From the NCBI GenBank assembly GCA_964016885.1, contig OZ024741.1, forward strand, positions 60,140,001 to 60,204,000: a stretch of DNA of 64,000 bases, given 5' to 3'. Origin of the DNA: Eledone cirrhosa. Lineage: Eukaryota. The translations under genes were made by a program, and so were the position numbers. The notes under the pieces are model-generated. The model made no database searches, was not told where the DNA came from, and worked only from the letters and a program-made list of their open reading frames with translations. Each line of letters opens with the position of its first letter. Positions within the stretch are counted from its first letter, which is position 1. This document shows, in pieces, positions 13,620 to 31,841 of this stretch.

Positions 13620-14133
13620 TGTGTGTGTGAGTGTGTGTGTGTGTATGTGTATGTATATATATGTGTGTGTATATGCATTCCTAAATATTTCATATACATT
13701 CATTTACAGTTGTTAAATATGCTCATATATTTACTCATATAGTATTCACATAACAACTCAAAATTTGAAATTTGCTCCAAGCTGCTGGTATGTCACTCTA
13801 ACTCACAATTTTATATGTTTAGCCTATAGCAATATTAAATCAAGTGGGATGGCAATACATTACGTTTATCTTATATTAGGGAACAGCTGTTTAAGATAAT
13901 AGAATGTATCTATTGCTACTAGGAAACATTGTATCACTTTGCCATTATATTCGAATGAAAACAACAAATTAAAACGAAAATAAACAAAATGTCTAATCCA
14001 CATTACGTGGAATTCTAATGATGACTGAAAACGATTCCATTTCATAAAATCTCATTGGCTATTAACGTATTCGTTCTACAGCTGAGAAGTTGTAATTAAA
14101 TTAATAATATGTCAACCAATATTTGAATATTCA

Positions 14134-14940
14134 TTGTCTGTTGAAAAATTATACTACTATTTTTTTTTCGTGGGTAGTAATTACGTTAGACAGACACTTA
14201 GCCAAATTGAAACCGCACATATCGATGCACATGCATGGTTTTTGCCAGGCTTATTGGGGGTGCCACTCGCTTCCAGGCAGTAGTGTGTGCTGTGTTGTAC
14301 AATTTACTCGTCGCATTTTTATTACGCATAATACAGATCTGAATACCGTGGTAACTCGAGATGAATTGTATGTGTAAGAATACGACCAGGGAACCAAAGC
14401 TCAGTTTTCACAGCAGAAGCATCAAACGTTGGCAAGGTCCAACAAAGCGCATCATGTGCGAAGCAAATTTAAGGTGATGTTCACTGTGTTCTTCGACTAC
14501 CGAGTATATCATAAGGAAAAGCCGTGATAGAGGGTTACTATTAAAATCTCCACCGCGTCAACGTGATTCTGTTAGCCGAAAAGGACTGGTTCTACGATTC
14601 TCGTAAAGCTGGCAGTTGCATCAAAACGACGTTCATTTGTTGTAGCTGATCCAAGGTTTCTTAACAAAGAATAGTATTTCGCTCATTCGTCAGGCACCCT
14701 TGTTTACAGATATAGTGCTTTGTGGTTTGTTTGTTCCTAAAAAGAAAAATACCACTGAAAGACTCCGACGTTTAGAACCGAGGAAACAACATGCGGAAAT
14801 TGTTGATGAAACTGAGAGCCCCTCCGGAAGATATTACAGATGTGCTTCGAACAGTACGAGGATCGGGGGGAGGGGGGATTAGCCATTGAACGGCAAGTAC
14901 ACATATCTCGCAACATAAGGTCGGATATTTATCGTAATTA
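14134..14940 (+). mobile_element. Decayed, internally deleted mariner transposon
   Basis: Remnant motifs VVTRDELYV (VTGDESWV), EYDQGTKAQ (YDPETK), KVMFTVFFD, WQLHQND (LHHDN) and TDIVLCGLFVPK (PDLAPCDFFLFPK). Degenerate TIR-like ends gtctgttgaaaaattatac / aaggtcggatattt. Confidence 0.75.
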
Positions 14941-15247
14941 AAGTTCGTTCTGTGATTTCCAATCAAAAGATTCACATTGTTATATTGTGTAATTACTGCC
15001 AGATCAATTATTATTCAAAGAAAAAAATCATGTTTCTTTATTTGATGGTTTACAAGTCTACTATAAAACAACTGTAATTTGACAGTAAAATATTTACTCT
15101 ACAATTTATAGTATTCTGGAAAACGAAGTATATATATATATATATATATATAGTTGTAGAACACTGGAATGTAATATCCGTAGTGGTAGAGCACTCAGTC
15201 CATGGGATGAGTTAGGTAGAATTGGTTACACAACAGTTAGTTCACCA

Positions 15248-15290
15248 TACCGAGAACAATTGTTTCACCTTAGCGGATCCTCAGCTCGTA
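15248..15290 (-). ncRNA. Minimal type I hammerhead ribozyme motif
   Basis: Minus strand: tacgag CTGAGGA tcc-gctaa-ggt GAAA caattg TT ctcggta. Stem I is cgag/ctcg and stem III is the palindrome AACAATTGTT. Confidence 0.75.
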
Positions 15291-15331
15291 ATGGACATCG
15301 TTATACGGAACAGGAAGGACAACCGTACGAA

Positions 15332-15343
15332 TGCGCATGCGCA
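15332..15343. promoter_or_regulatory. Perfect NRF1/ewg-type palindrome within the pseudo-LTR
   Basis: TGCGCATGCGCA is the canonical NRF1 consensus. Function here is untested. Confidence 0.3.
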
Positions 15344-15953
15344 GAAACGATCACTTCACACAGGCAATACTAAATTGCGTACGAGAGGTGTAAGGGAGAT
15401 AACTGCGAAAGTCCTAAAGTTTCTAGTTGATAAGAAAATTAGGATGTTGTTGTAATTCAATCCGGAGCTTTGTAGTTATGTAAGAGGTGTTTCCAGACGT
15501 GTGGACAACGTGTGAAAAATTCATTTCTCGTGTTTACGCAATCACTATTGCGTACCCGGAAAGACGTACATCCAAGAAACTCGCGAGCCACGTATTCTCC
15601 CTCAAGGACTCAAGTATAGACTACTCCATTCAATGGAAAGCCATCACGAAGTCCAAGCAATACGCAAAGGACAATCCGTCGTGTGGACCATGTATTGATG
15701 AACGAATAAATATTCTAAAGAGATTACGCAATAGTGATTGCCTATACACGAGAACTGAATTCTTCACACGATGTCCACACGTTTGGAAACACCTCTTACA
15801 TAACTACAAAACTCCGGATTGAATTACAACAACATCCTAATTTTCTTATCAACTAGAAACTTTCGGACTTTCAGAGTTATCTCCCTTACACCTCTCGCAC
15901 GCAATTTAGTATTGCCTGTGTGAAGTGATCGTTTCTAACTGTTGTGTAACCAC

Positions 15954-16087
<134 letters not shown>

Positions 16088-16145
16088 TTCGTTTTTGAAT
16101 TTGTTTTGCAAGATTTCTTATCTGAAAACGCGTGTTGAAACAGAT

Positions 16146-16966
16146 ATTGTTATACTTTGGGAGGGTCATGCTACCAATAAAAACACAAGCACCTGTTGGT
16201 TTTCACTTCAATTTATTATAAATTTCCGGTTGGCAGGTTGGTTCTTCGATAACCGGATGGTTGTTTATATATTGCCAAAGCTCTTTCCTCACACATTCTG
16301 TGACCCCCTCAGTGACTAGGTTTTTGTTTTGTGTCTCTCCTTTGTTCTGCCCTACACCATTTTTTGTGTGTTGTGTGTTGTATGCTTAGTCTTTGCATGT
16401 GTTACATCCGGGTTTGTGTGTGTATTTTTATTTATTTATTTATGATGTTTATTTACTTGTCACTATTTGGTTGTTTGTTCTATCTGTGTGTGTCTGATTT
16501 GTTTTTTTGGTTAGGTTTTTGTGTGTGCCTGTATGTCTTCATTTTGTCCTTAATTACTAGTTGTGATGTTGCTATTCCATTCATGTTCTCTGTTTAATTT
16601 TGATTGGAGTTCGTTTATGTTTGTCGTCTCTGTGATTTGTCTGAGCTTTACATCTTTTCTGAGTGTGGATATAATTTTCATCTCTATGTTCTCTAATGTG
16701 CCCTTATGTTCTATTTTGGCATGTTGGTGGAGAACTGATGAATTTTTCCCATCCTGGAGTTCTCGCCAGTGTTCACTTACCCATCCTTCTATGCTACGGG
16801 CTGTTTCACCTACGTATGTCATGTTCTTATGCCTACACTGTCCCTCAATACATCTTATGCTATATACTACGTTCCTAGTTTTGCCGTTAGTTTGCGGGCT
16901 TAGCTTGCACACCAACAGCTGCGTGTGTTTTTATTGGCAGCATGACCCTCTCAAAGTATAACAATA
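16146..16966 (-). mobile_element. 5'-truncated PLE (GIY-YIG endonuclease + pseudo-LTR) with a short inverted terminal copy
   Basis: ORF 16550-16915 NVVYSIRC..YVGETARSIEGWVSEH..SSVLHQH..RQITE..LN. Inverted arms 16148-16200 / 16911-16964. Same family as 30208-31143, with a degenerate hammerhead at about 16275-16318. Confidence 0.88.
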
Positions 16967-16971
16967 TATAA

Positions 16972-17044
<73 letters not shown>

Positions 17045-17046
<2 letters not shown>

Positions 17047-17410
17047 GGGTCACTCTTGAGTGCTAGTGGTAACATGTAACCCAGTACAACCTGTCACATG
17101 GTCGGGTCGTCGGCGACTAAACCGGCAACCCAACAAGCTTACTTGGTGAGGAGGGTGGGTTTGGAAAGCAAAAACTGACAAGGGTGAAAGAACTCATGAG
17201 TCAACGGCCATCCGAAAATTTGTAAATATGTATACATATGTGTATATATGTGCGGGGACATATAAATAATCGAGCTGGATTTCCGATCGCGTGGTTAAAC
17301 CACTGGGAGTGAAGGACCCTTAGCCTTTGTCAGGGCATTCTTCTAGGAGAAGGCAACTCAGGAAACTGGGATAATTCCGACATAAACCCAGCGGCTCTGT
17401 AGCTACCGAT
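17045..17410 (+). mobile_element. Repeat family C, 5' portion (resembles an RTE-type LINE 5' UTR)
   Basis: Shares ggtaacatgta..ccagtacaacctg..ggtcgggtcg..gcgactaaac, gagtcaa.ggccatcc and cccttagcctttgtca..tctaggagaagg with 29339-29928 and 41797-42181. Confidence 0.65.
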
Positions 17411-17862
17411 GATCTTGATCTTTTCTTCTTTTCGGGTTAGAGCTACTGTCGCTCAGTGAGTAGGGTTGGCTTAGTGCGTAGTCTTTCCTCACTTTAAAAA
17501 ATATCTTCACCCACAGGCATTGCACGACAGCATTGCCCGATAGCATTAATTGATAATTATTGATAATGTTGTATCGTGCAATGGCCATACTCGATAACGA
17601 GGAGGCAGCTATCATGTATGTATACATTTGTGTATAATCAAAAGATATGCACATTCTCTCTCTCTCTCCAGTATTGATATCATCTTAATTAGTGTGTATA
17701 AATCAAAACGACTGATGCTATTTAATCATTAATTGAAATAGAGGCAGGTTAAATTTATTCAACATGAATGATGAACCGCTGCGAGAAAATTTTGAAATTC
17801 TTCCGATGTAGATAAAATATTGTCAATCTTGCATTTAATCTTAAGTTCAGCCAATGCGCCCA

Positions 17863-18210
17863 CTGCATGGTCGAATGTCTAAAAAGTTCGCTTCACAGTC
17901 ATCACGTCACCGGTTCGATCCCAAAGCCTGACATCTTGCACACATTTCATTTACCCTTGCCTTAGATCGACCAATATGTTCTGGGTGAAATTGGGTAGAC
18001 GGAAAAAGTTCGGAAGCCCATCGAATTGACTGTAACTGCGAAGGTCCAGTCTTATCACAGTCTTATCACGCTGAATTTTCCTGAGATTTACGTTAAGTGT
18101 ATACGACGTCTTTGTGGAATGTTCATTCGTTTAAGCGTTAATATCATGAGCAAGTTGTTCCATTGATTGAATCAACTGGAACGTTCGTAGTCGAAACCGA
18201 TGGAGGTCCA
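17863..18210 (+). mobile_element. tRNA-derived SINE family B, near full length
   Basis: A-box-like catggtcgaatgt, B-box GGTTCGATCCC at about 17912-17922, then body gtagacggaaa..gaagcccatcg and the shared tail. Confidence 0.7.
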
Positions 18211-18851
18211 TACCATATGCTACATTATTAAACAATCTCTTACACAGAACTCTTATGATGTGTAGACTCAAATGATCTGATAGCCATACGCATCAGTTTT
18301 TGTCTAAATTTCGCTTTTGTACATATTCAGTACAATCAGCCAAGCCTTTAACAATACAGACTTCATACGAATTTGCCACATCTAATAATTTATAAATTAA
18401 AGAACCAAAAACGCTCGCATATGTTTATTGTGTGTTCTGTACCAATCTATTCATAAGTTGGGCGAATTTAATTACACGAGGACTGGTCTTTTAACCAATT
18501 TTACGGATTATATCACTGATAAGAAGATTCGTCTTATTTAGTTGAGTTGAACTTGAAATATTGGCATATTTACCCTGAATATTTACATCCGAGGTGCAGA
18601 GAATATATGGCCGATTGAATACGCACGTGTGTTTTTTTTTCTCCCTATTGTTTATTTTATTATTTTCCCCGTTCCTTCATTTCATCACTCATTACTTTCT
18701 AGTTATCATCTATTTCTAACCCTATCTTGGGTTGAAGGGCTAGTGTGTGAAACGTTAATACTCTTTTCCTACTATTTCAAGTGATAAACTAATATATTTC
18801 TTCCATGTACTGTACCGTTCGTTTTGTTACTTTTGTTATTTCTGTTTACCC

Positions 18852-18972
<121 letters not shown>

Positions 18973-19459
18973 TCTATCCACAGTTAAACTAATATTTATC
19001 TTCATTATACCATGTTGTTTGCTTTGTTATTTCCATGTAATGTTTACATATGTATATATGTTTGTTTGTTTGTTTTTTTATATATGTATGCATATATATA
19101 TATATATATATATATATAAATGTTATAATTTGTTTTGTATGAACCAATTTCCTTTCGCAAATATATATATACAAGCATAGAAAAATATCTACCCCCACAT
19201 ATCTGTCTCTCTCTCTGGCCTTTCCTATACAAGGGAAGCAACTGCACGTATCCAAGAGACATATAAATCTAATTTGACTATGAATACAATTATGTATGTT
19301 AGCCAGAGCACGACGAATTTATTTTTTGTTAGTATTTAATTTTGAAATAAATGTCGTTATTAATGCGCTATTGTTCTAATATCAAATATCTGCATTGACA
19401 GAATCGGAAAACATAGACATCTGGCAAGATTTGTCCCCTGCAACTCATACATATGTTGA

Positions 19460-20030
19460 ATCAAAATGAGTTCTCCACTGTACCATTCCCTAACTTATTG
19501 ACGATATACCGTCATCCTTTCTCCGAGTGTCAGACCGGTTTGACCGATATAGTATATAACATTTACACGTTACAATATATATCCAATTGTATGACTTACA
19601 CGGGAAGTTCTTTTTTATTTTATTTTGAAGTGAAATTCGAGACCTTCTATTGGATATGTCGCATACTTGGTAATGAGGTAGGTTGCCTTTTCTAATTCCA
19701 TGATCCTGAACTTCCGTATGCAGTTTTGCATTCGTCAAGAGGGTATATTTTTTCTGATTCCTGCTTACGTTTTACGTTCTCTAATTGGATATTTCTCTAA
19801 CGTATCCTTAATTTTCCCCCCTTTAATAGACTTCGGTGTTTTGGGATTTAAAAAAAGATGCGATATATGGTATAACCCTTTTTCACCTTTTTTTTCGGTT
19901 TCGGAGTTCCTGGGTGTTAGGTTTTCTTACTCTTTTAATTAAGTTCGAATGATATTTTCTCTTGATGTGTATCTTTCTAATGTACTCCGCATCCTATTGT
20001 TGGGTATGAGGCCATTGTGCTTAGCTAAAT
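19460..20030 (-). pseudogene. Decayed PLE linker + GIY-YIG endonuclease
   Basis: Minus strand reads NFPCKSYNWIYIVTCKC then, after a frameshift, YYIGQTGLTLGERMTVYRQ. This parallels [38 protein letters not shown] of ORF 48064-49014. Confidence 0.75.
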
Positions 20031-20397
20031 TAAAGTGTGTGTGGGGAGAGGGGGGGGGGGTAAAAATAGAGTCCGTAGGTTTGAAATATATAACAATTTC
20101 TAGGATTTGCGTTTCTTTTTATTAGTGTAACCCCCAATTTTTTTTTTCTGAATTCCACACTGAGTGTTAGGGTTTATATTATTGATGAAGTTTCGAAAAT
20201 TGTTCAAAATCGCAATACGTATTTCTATGGCCTAATTATATCATCAAGTGTGGATTACGAAGATTAGGTAATGGATAATAGTATTACGGCAAACACAGAG
20301 AAAAGAGAATGGAATTTCCTCGAAGGTGGCCCGCCAATTTGGTATTATTGTTGCGGAGAACCATATATATATTATATATACATACATATATATATAT

Positions 20398-20499
20398 AAA
20401 AAAGAAAAACAGACCCTTATATATATTTTCCGTGCTATTTCCAACTTCACCTTTTCTCTATGTCCACTGTTTTGTATAGAACCTTACTTCCCTTTACTA

Positions 20500-20500
<1 letters not shown>
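20398..20500 (+). repeat. Short interspersed repeat (family D), inverted relative to 45682-45784; partial copy at 46156-46201
   Basis: aaaagaaaaacagacccttatatatattttccgtgctatttccaacttcaccttttctctat..gtatagaaccttacttc matches the reverse complement of 45682-45784. Confidence 0.8.
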
Positions 20501-24170
<3,670 letters not shown>

Positions 24171-25603
24171 TTCACCTCTCATATCATTAAGGTATTTGAG
24201 CGAGTGGTGAGATCGCGAATGACCCACTTCCTTGAGAGTAACAATATGCTGAACTCCAACCAGCATGGATTCCGTAATGGAAGGGATTGCCTGACGCAAC
24301 TACTGCATCACTTTGATGACATTTTGAGAGCCTTGGGAGAGGGTTCCAACACTGATGTTATCTACCTTGATTTCAGCAAGGCCTTTGACAGGGTTGATCA
24401 TAACATTCTACTGAGAAAGCTGTCCAATATTGGTGTCACTGGAAAGCTGCTGCAGTGGATCAAGAGCTTCCTGTCAAACAGAACCCAACATGTTGTAGTT
24501 GAGGGAGTCAAATCAAGCCCAGCCAAAGTCAGTAGTGGAGTCCCACAAGGCACTGTGTTGGGCCCACTTCTCTTCATCATCTATATTAATGACATCACTG
24601 ACATCATCAAACACAGCAACATTAAAATTTTCGCTGATGATTCCAAGCTCCAAAAGGTCATCAATGGCGTGGATGACCGGATAAGCCTTCAGTCAGACCT
24701 ACTGGCTGTTACCCAATGGGCAGAAAAGAACAACATGTTACTGAACGAAGACAAATTCGAACTGATCCACTTTGGAAAAGAGGATGCTCTGAAACTCCCG
24801 TACTCCCTTCCCTCCGGGGAAACTCTCGTGGCATCAAACAACATCAGAGACTTGGGAGTAACCGTGGACAGCAACATAAGCTGGACCACGCATATAAGCA
24901 GCAAAGTTGACATGGCCCGCAGAATGTGTTCCTGGATCCTCAGAACCTTCCAGTCGAGAGATTCCCGCACCATTATCCTTCTCTTCTCTACTTTCGCCCG
25001 ACCACACCTTGAATACTGTTGTCCACTGTGGTCTCCCCACACGAAACAAAGTATCATGAAACTTGAAGCTCCTCAAAGGGCAATCACGAAAAAGATAGAT
25101 GGCATGTCAGACCTTGACTACTGGGGTCGATTGGAAAACCTGAAACTTTACTCACTCCAACGTCGCCGTGAGCGTTATATTATCTGCATGATGTGGAAAA
25201 TGTTCCATCATCACTGCCCAAATGATGTTGGCATCGCCTTCAAGATACACCCAAGGCTTGGGCCCCGTGCTATCCGTCCCATTCAAAAATCTAAATCGCA
25301 ACTCATAACAACAATACGGCACAATTATTTCACCTCAATCGGCCCTGCTCTCTTCAACATCACACCAGGACACGTCAAAACAGAAACTGACCACACAAAA
25401 TTCAAGAAGTCTTTGGACAAATTCCTCCAAGTAATCCCGGACAAACCACCCACACCCGGATATGTCTCCGCAAACAGTAATTCTCTTCTCGAATGGGCCA
25501 TGGTGCCCAAATCCTGAATTGAAAGACTTCGCCAGGTGGTGCTATTAAGTTAGACATGGCCTGGGCCAATACTGGCCAAAACATTTCAAAGTTATTCAAA
25601 GTT

Positions 25604-25604
<1 letters not shown>
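24171..25604 (+). mobile_element. CR1/L2-group LINE, 5'-truncated, with an uninterrupted RT reading frame to the stop at 25517
   Basis: [66 protein letters not shown] and SLQRRR. Short 3' UTR ends in (TTCAAAGTTA)2, with TA arrays on both sides. Confidence 0.93.
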
Positions 25605-26811
<1,207 letters not shown>

Positions 26812-26827
26812 AGTTTTAATATAGATG

Positions 26828-26878
26828 AGATTCTACAGGACTAGAACTGTTTCATTCATTAGAAATCATCAGGAATCT
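26828..26878 (-). ncRNA. Type I hammerhead ribozyme motif in PLE pseudo-LTR
   Basis: Reverse complement of 33465-33515. Confidence 0.8.
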
Positions 26879-27487
26879 GGGTATCAAAAAATAGAAATGG
26901 TATTTATAGGTCTCTACAAGTGGTAGGAGAGGGTGGGGAGTGGGATGGGTGCAGGTCATTGGTTGATAGAAAAGGGAATTCATTAAAAGCTAATTCTATA
27001 AAGCTATAGTTTATTTTTATTTATTTATGTTTTTAGAGTAACAAGGGCAGACAGAATTCTATAAACAGGTTCCGGATGGCATACCAATCCTTGTCATTAA
27101 GTTTCTCTTAAGCTAACAGATGTCTATAAAATCAGTGGGGGGTCAGTCATGGTCGATAGAATTAAAGAAAAGGGAGATTCTTTAAAAGCTAAAATCATTA
27201 AGGTTCTATCTACTAAGTGACAAAGGTCTAGAGAATTCTGCAGACAGATTCAAAATACTGAGTGCATATCTTCGAACTTCTCTTAAACTAATCAACTATA
27301 TGCCAAAAATCAACAGACACATTCTAAAAAAAACAAAAAACCATACTCACTCACACACTTACGCGCAACCATAAACACACGCACAAACACATATACACAC
27401 ATAAAAACACACACACATATATAAAAATATATTCATATACATACATATACATACACACATACATACATACATACATACATACATACA

Positions 27488-27612
<125 letters not shown>

Positions 27613-27707
27613 TATTTTCCGTTGTGTTGTAATATAAATATTACACACAGTAGATTATCAGCTCACGTAGGTTCCAGTTATAGTTACAAAAGTATTCCGG
27701 AGAAAAG

Positions 27708-27769
27708 TAGAAAGAATTGAATGGATACAGTTTAGTTTCAACTAAACTGTATCCATTCAAATCTTTCTA
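27708..27769. repeat. Near-perfect 30-bp-arm hairpin at the end of an approximately 160-bp insert (27610-27769)
   Basis: tagaaagaattgaatggatacagtttagtt-tc-aactaaactgtatccattcaaatctttcta. Absent from the sister copy near 36415-36460. Confidence 0.85.
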
Positions 27770-27990
27770 TATTTATATATATATATATATAAATATATAT
27801 AAGTATATATATATATATATACACACACATATATATATACACATACACACACACATACACATACACACACACACATATATACACATATAAATACACTCAC
27901 ACACATACATACAAACACAAATATACATGTGTATACATATACACACAAATACATATAGACATATATACATACATATACACAGACACATAT

Positions 27991-28075
<85 letters not shown>

Positions 28076-28128
28076 TATACACATACACACATACATACAT
28101 ACACATATATATACACACACATACGTAT

Positions 28129-28171
<43 letters not shown>

Positions 28172-28214
28172 CACACACACATACATACACATATATATAC
28201 ACACACATACGTAT

Positions 28215-28261
<47 letters not shown>

Positions 28262-28266
28262 CACAT

Positions 28267-28297
<31 letters not shown>

Positions 28298-28455
28298 CAT
28301 AAAAAAAACACATACACACACATATATACATATACACACACATACACACAAACACACACACACATATATATACATATACATATATATATATACATTCATA
28401 TATATAACCATATACATATATACATATATACACATACAAACACACACACATACAT

Positions 28456-28502
<47 letters not shown>

Positions 28503-28685
28503 TACACACATATATATACACATATATAAGGAAAAAGCATCATACATACATATATATATATATACATATATATATATACACAAATATATACACACACATA
28601 CATATATATATATACATATATACACACATATATACACACACCCACATATATACATATGTATATATACACACATATATACACATAT

Positions 28686-28734
<49 letters not shown>

Positions 28735-28793
28735 CACATAAACATATACATATATATATAAATATACACACATATACATACATACACACACAC

Positions 28794-28858
<65 letters not shown>

Positions 28859-29084
28859 CACATACAAACACACATACAAACATACATATACACATACATA
28901 TATATAAACATATGTATACACATATATATACACGTATGTATATACATACATATACATACATATACATATATATATATAGACATATATATACACACACACA
29001 TACATATTATATATACACATATACACACACAAACACACACACATACATACACATACACACACACATACATACACATACACACAC

Positions 29085-29137
<53 letters not shown>

Positions 29138-29237
29138 CATATACACACACACATATATATATACACGCACACACATATATACACATATATATATACACAC
29201 ACACACACACACTCACATACACATGCATATGTATAAA

Positions 29238-29290
<53 letters not shown>

Positions 29291-29338
29291 ATACATATAC
29301 AAACATACACATACATACACAGACCTATACATAAATAT

Positions 29339-29928
29339 GGTGGCTGCCAACTCGTTTTCGAGTACGGCCACTACTTTATATCCATGTAGGAGAACCCCTA
29401 CCGATGCGCTGAACGAGTGTGACTTTTGAGTCCAGCCAGCGACTTGATAACTCTGGTACAAACACTACACTTGTGACAATTATTGACACATAGTGCTGGG
29501 CCCATGGTACCATGTGACAAGTGCAGAGAGATCTCCAGATATAAAGCAATGCCTGTGCCATGAAGCTTTTATAGTGAGCAAAGGCATTGCACAGAGCCAG
29601 TCCCACTCTCTTAACCAAGATGATATTTACCAAAAAGTAGAACAAGTCAACATCATTGGATACCATCAGGGTTGCAGGTGTTATATCAGAGTTTTCCTTC
29701 TCCTAGAATTCTGCCTTGACAAAGGCTAAGGGGTCATCTCTCCCGGTGATTTTGGATGGCCATTGACTCTTAAGAGCTCCTTTGCCCTTTGACAGGCTTT
29801 GTTTTTAGTCCTGCAGGATGTCCAAAGTGGTGCTACTGGTAACATGTATCCCAGTACAACCTGTTTCATGGTCGGGTCGTTGGCGACTAAACTGGCAACC
29901 CCACCAAGGTTTCTTGGTGAGGAGGGTG
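29339..29928 (-). mobile_element. Non-coding retroposon family C with a 12-bp TSD and a 5' inversion
   Basis: ATACATAAATAT at 29327-29338 and 29929-29940, single copy in the sister element near 35163-35175. Segment 29828-29928 is inverted relative to the body when compared with 17045-17410. Confidence 0.85.
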
Positions 29929-29979
29929 ATACATAAATATACACATATATATACAGACATATAACGCATATATACACAC

Positions 29980-30030
<51 letters not shown>

Positions 30031-30161
30031 TATACACACACGCGCATACACACACACACACAAATATATATACACACTCTCTCTCACCTACATATATGTA
30101 TATATATATATATATATACATATACACATATACAAATATACACATATACACATATACATAT

Positions 30162-30207
<46 letters not shown>

Positions 30208-31137
30208 CACTTATTAGCAAGACATACCCGTTCCAAAGACCCTCATGTATACATAAGAAATGTATAACCTGTAAAATAAGCCCCCACATTAACTGTAAAA
30301 CTAGAAATGTAGTATATAGCAGAAGATGTACTGAAGGACAATGTAGAAACAAAAATATAGTGTACATAGGTGAGACAGCTCGTAGTATAGGGGAACGAAT
30401 AAATGAACACTAGCGAGACCTCCAAGATAATAAAGAATCATCTGTGCTCTACCAACATGCTAAGATAGAACACAGGGGTAAATTAGAGAGCATAGAAATA
30501 AAAATAGAATCCACACACAAGAAAGACGCAATGTTTAGGCAAATTACAGAGGCAGTAAGCATAAAAGAATTAAAACCAAAATTAAATAGAAAATATGAGT
30601 GGAACAGCAACATCACAACTTACAATTAAGGACAAAATGAAAACACACACACACATAGAACAAACAACTTACAATTGAAAACACACACAAAATGAAAACA
30701 CACACAAGACAAAATGAAAACACACACACACATAGAACACACAACCAACCAACGATAAATAAATAAATAAATATACAAATAAAAAAAAATATATATAAAT
30801 AGAAAAATAGAAAAATGAACACAACACACACAGACACCCGGATGTGGCGCATACGCAAACTGAGCACGCAACCCACACACAAACAAAATGGCGTAGGATA
30901 GAAGAAAGGAAAAGCACAGAAACGAAGAAAGAAATCCCCAGTCACTGAAGAGGTCACAGAGTGTGTGACGAAAGAATTATGACTATATATATATATAAAC
31001 AACAATCTGGTTGTGGAACCAACCAACCAACCAGAAATTCATAAATTTGTAAATTTATAAATATATAATAAATTAAATTGAAGTGAAAGCAACTGGTGCG
31101 TGTGTTTCTTATTGGCAACATGATCCTCCCAAAGTAT

Positions 31138-31143
<6 letters not shown>
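30208..31143 (+). mobile_element. 5'-truncated PLE (GIY-YIG EN with one stop + pseudo-LTR) nested in a TA tract of the larger PLE
   Basis: CIHKKCITC..NCKTRNVVYSRRC..YIGETARSIGERINEH*..RQITEAVSIKELKPKLN. Its end cccaaagtataacaa is shared with 16146-16966. Confidence 0.9.
30940..30984 (+). ncRNA. Minimal type I hammerhead ribozyme motif
   Basis: agtca CTGAAGA g gtcac-agagtgt-gtgac GAAA gaat TA tgact. Stem I is agtca/tgact, stem II is gtcac/gtgac, and stem III is very weak. Confidence 0.7.
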
Positions 31144-31200
<57 letters not shown>

Positions 31201-31241
31201 CAAATACACACACACATATATATATACACACCTGCCCACAC

Positions 31242-31283
<42 letters not shown>

Positions 31284-31342
31284 GCACACACATAAACACA
31301 TACACACATATATATATACATATATACATATATATATATATT

Positions 31343-31410
<68 letters not shown>

Positions 31411-31841
31411 CACACACACATACATATACATACACATACATATACATAAACATACATACATACATACACATACATACATACATACATACATACATACACA
31501 TATATACACATATATATATATATACATATATATACACATATATATACATACATATACATACATAAATATACACACATAAAACACATATACACACAAACAT
31601 ATATATATATATATATATACACACATACATATACACACATACTAACAAATATATACACATACAAATAAATAGGTACTCAATAAATATACGCATATACGCA
31701 GGCACATAAAGACACCTCTACAGGCAGAAAATGTAGATACGAAAGAGGTACTCACATAACCATAGTGGCCGTATTTCAGGTTGAGGAGGGGTGGGGGTAG
31801 GGTGGGGAGGAGGTATAGGGGCCAATAGGGGGAGGTCGTTT

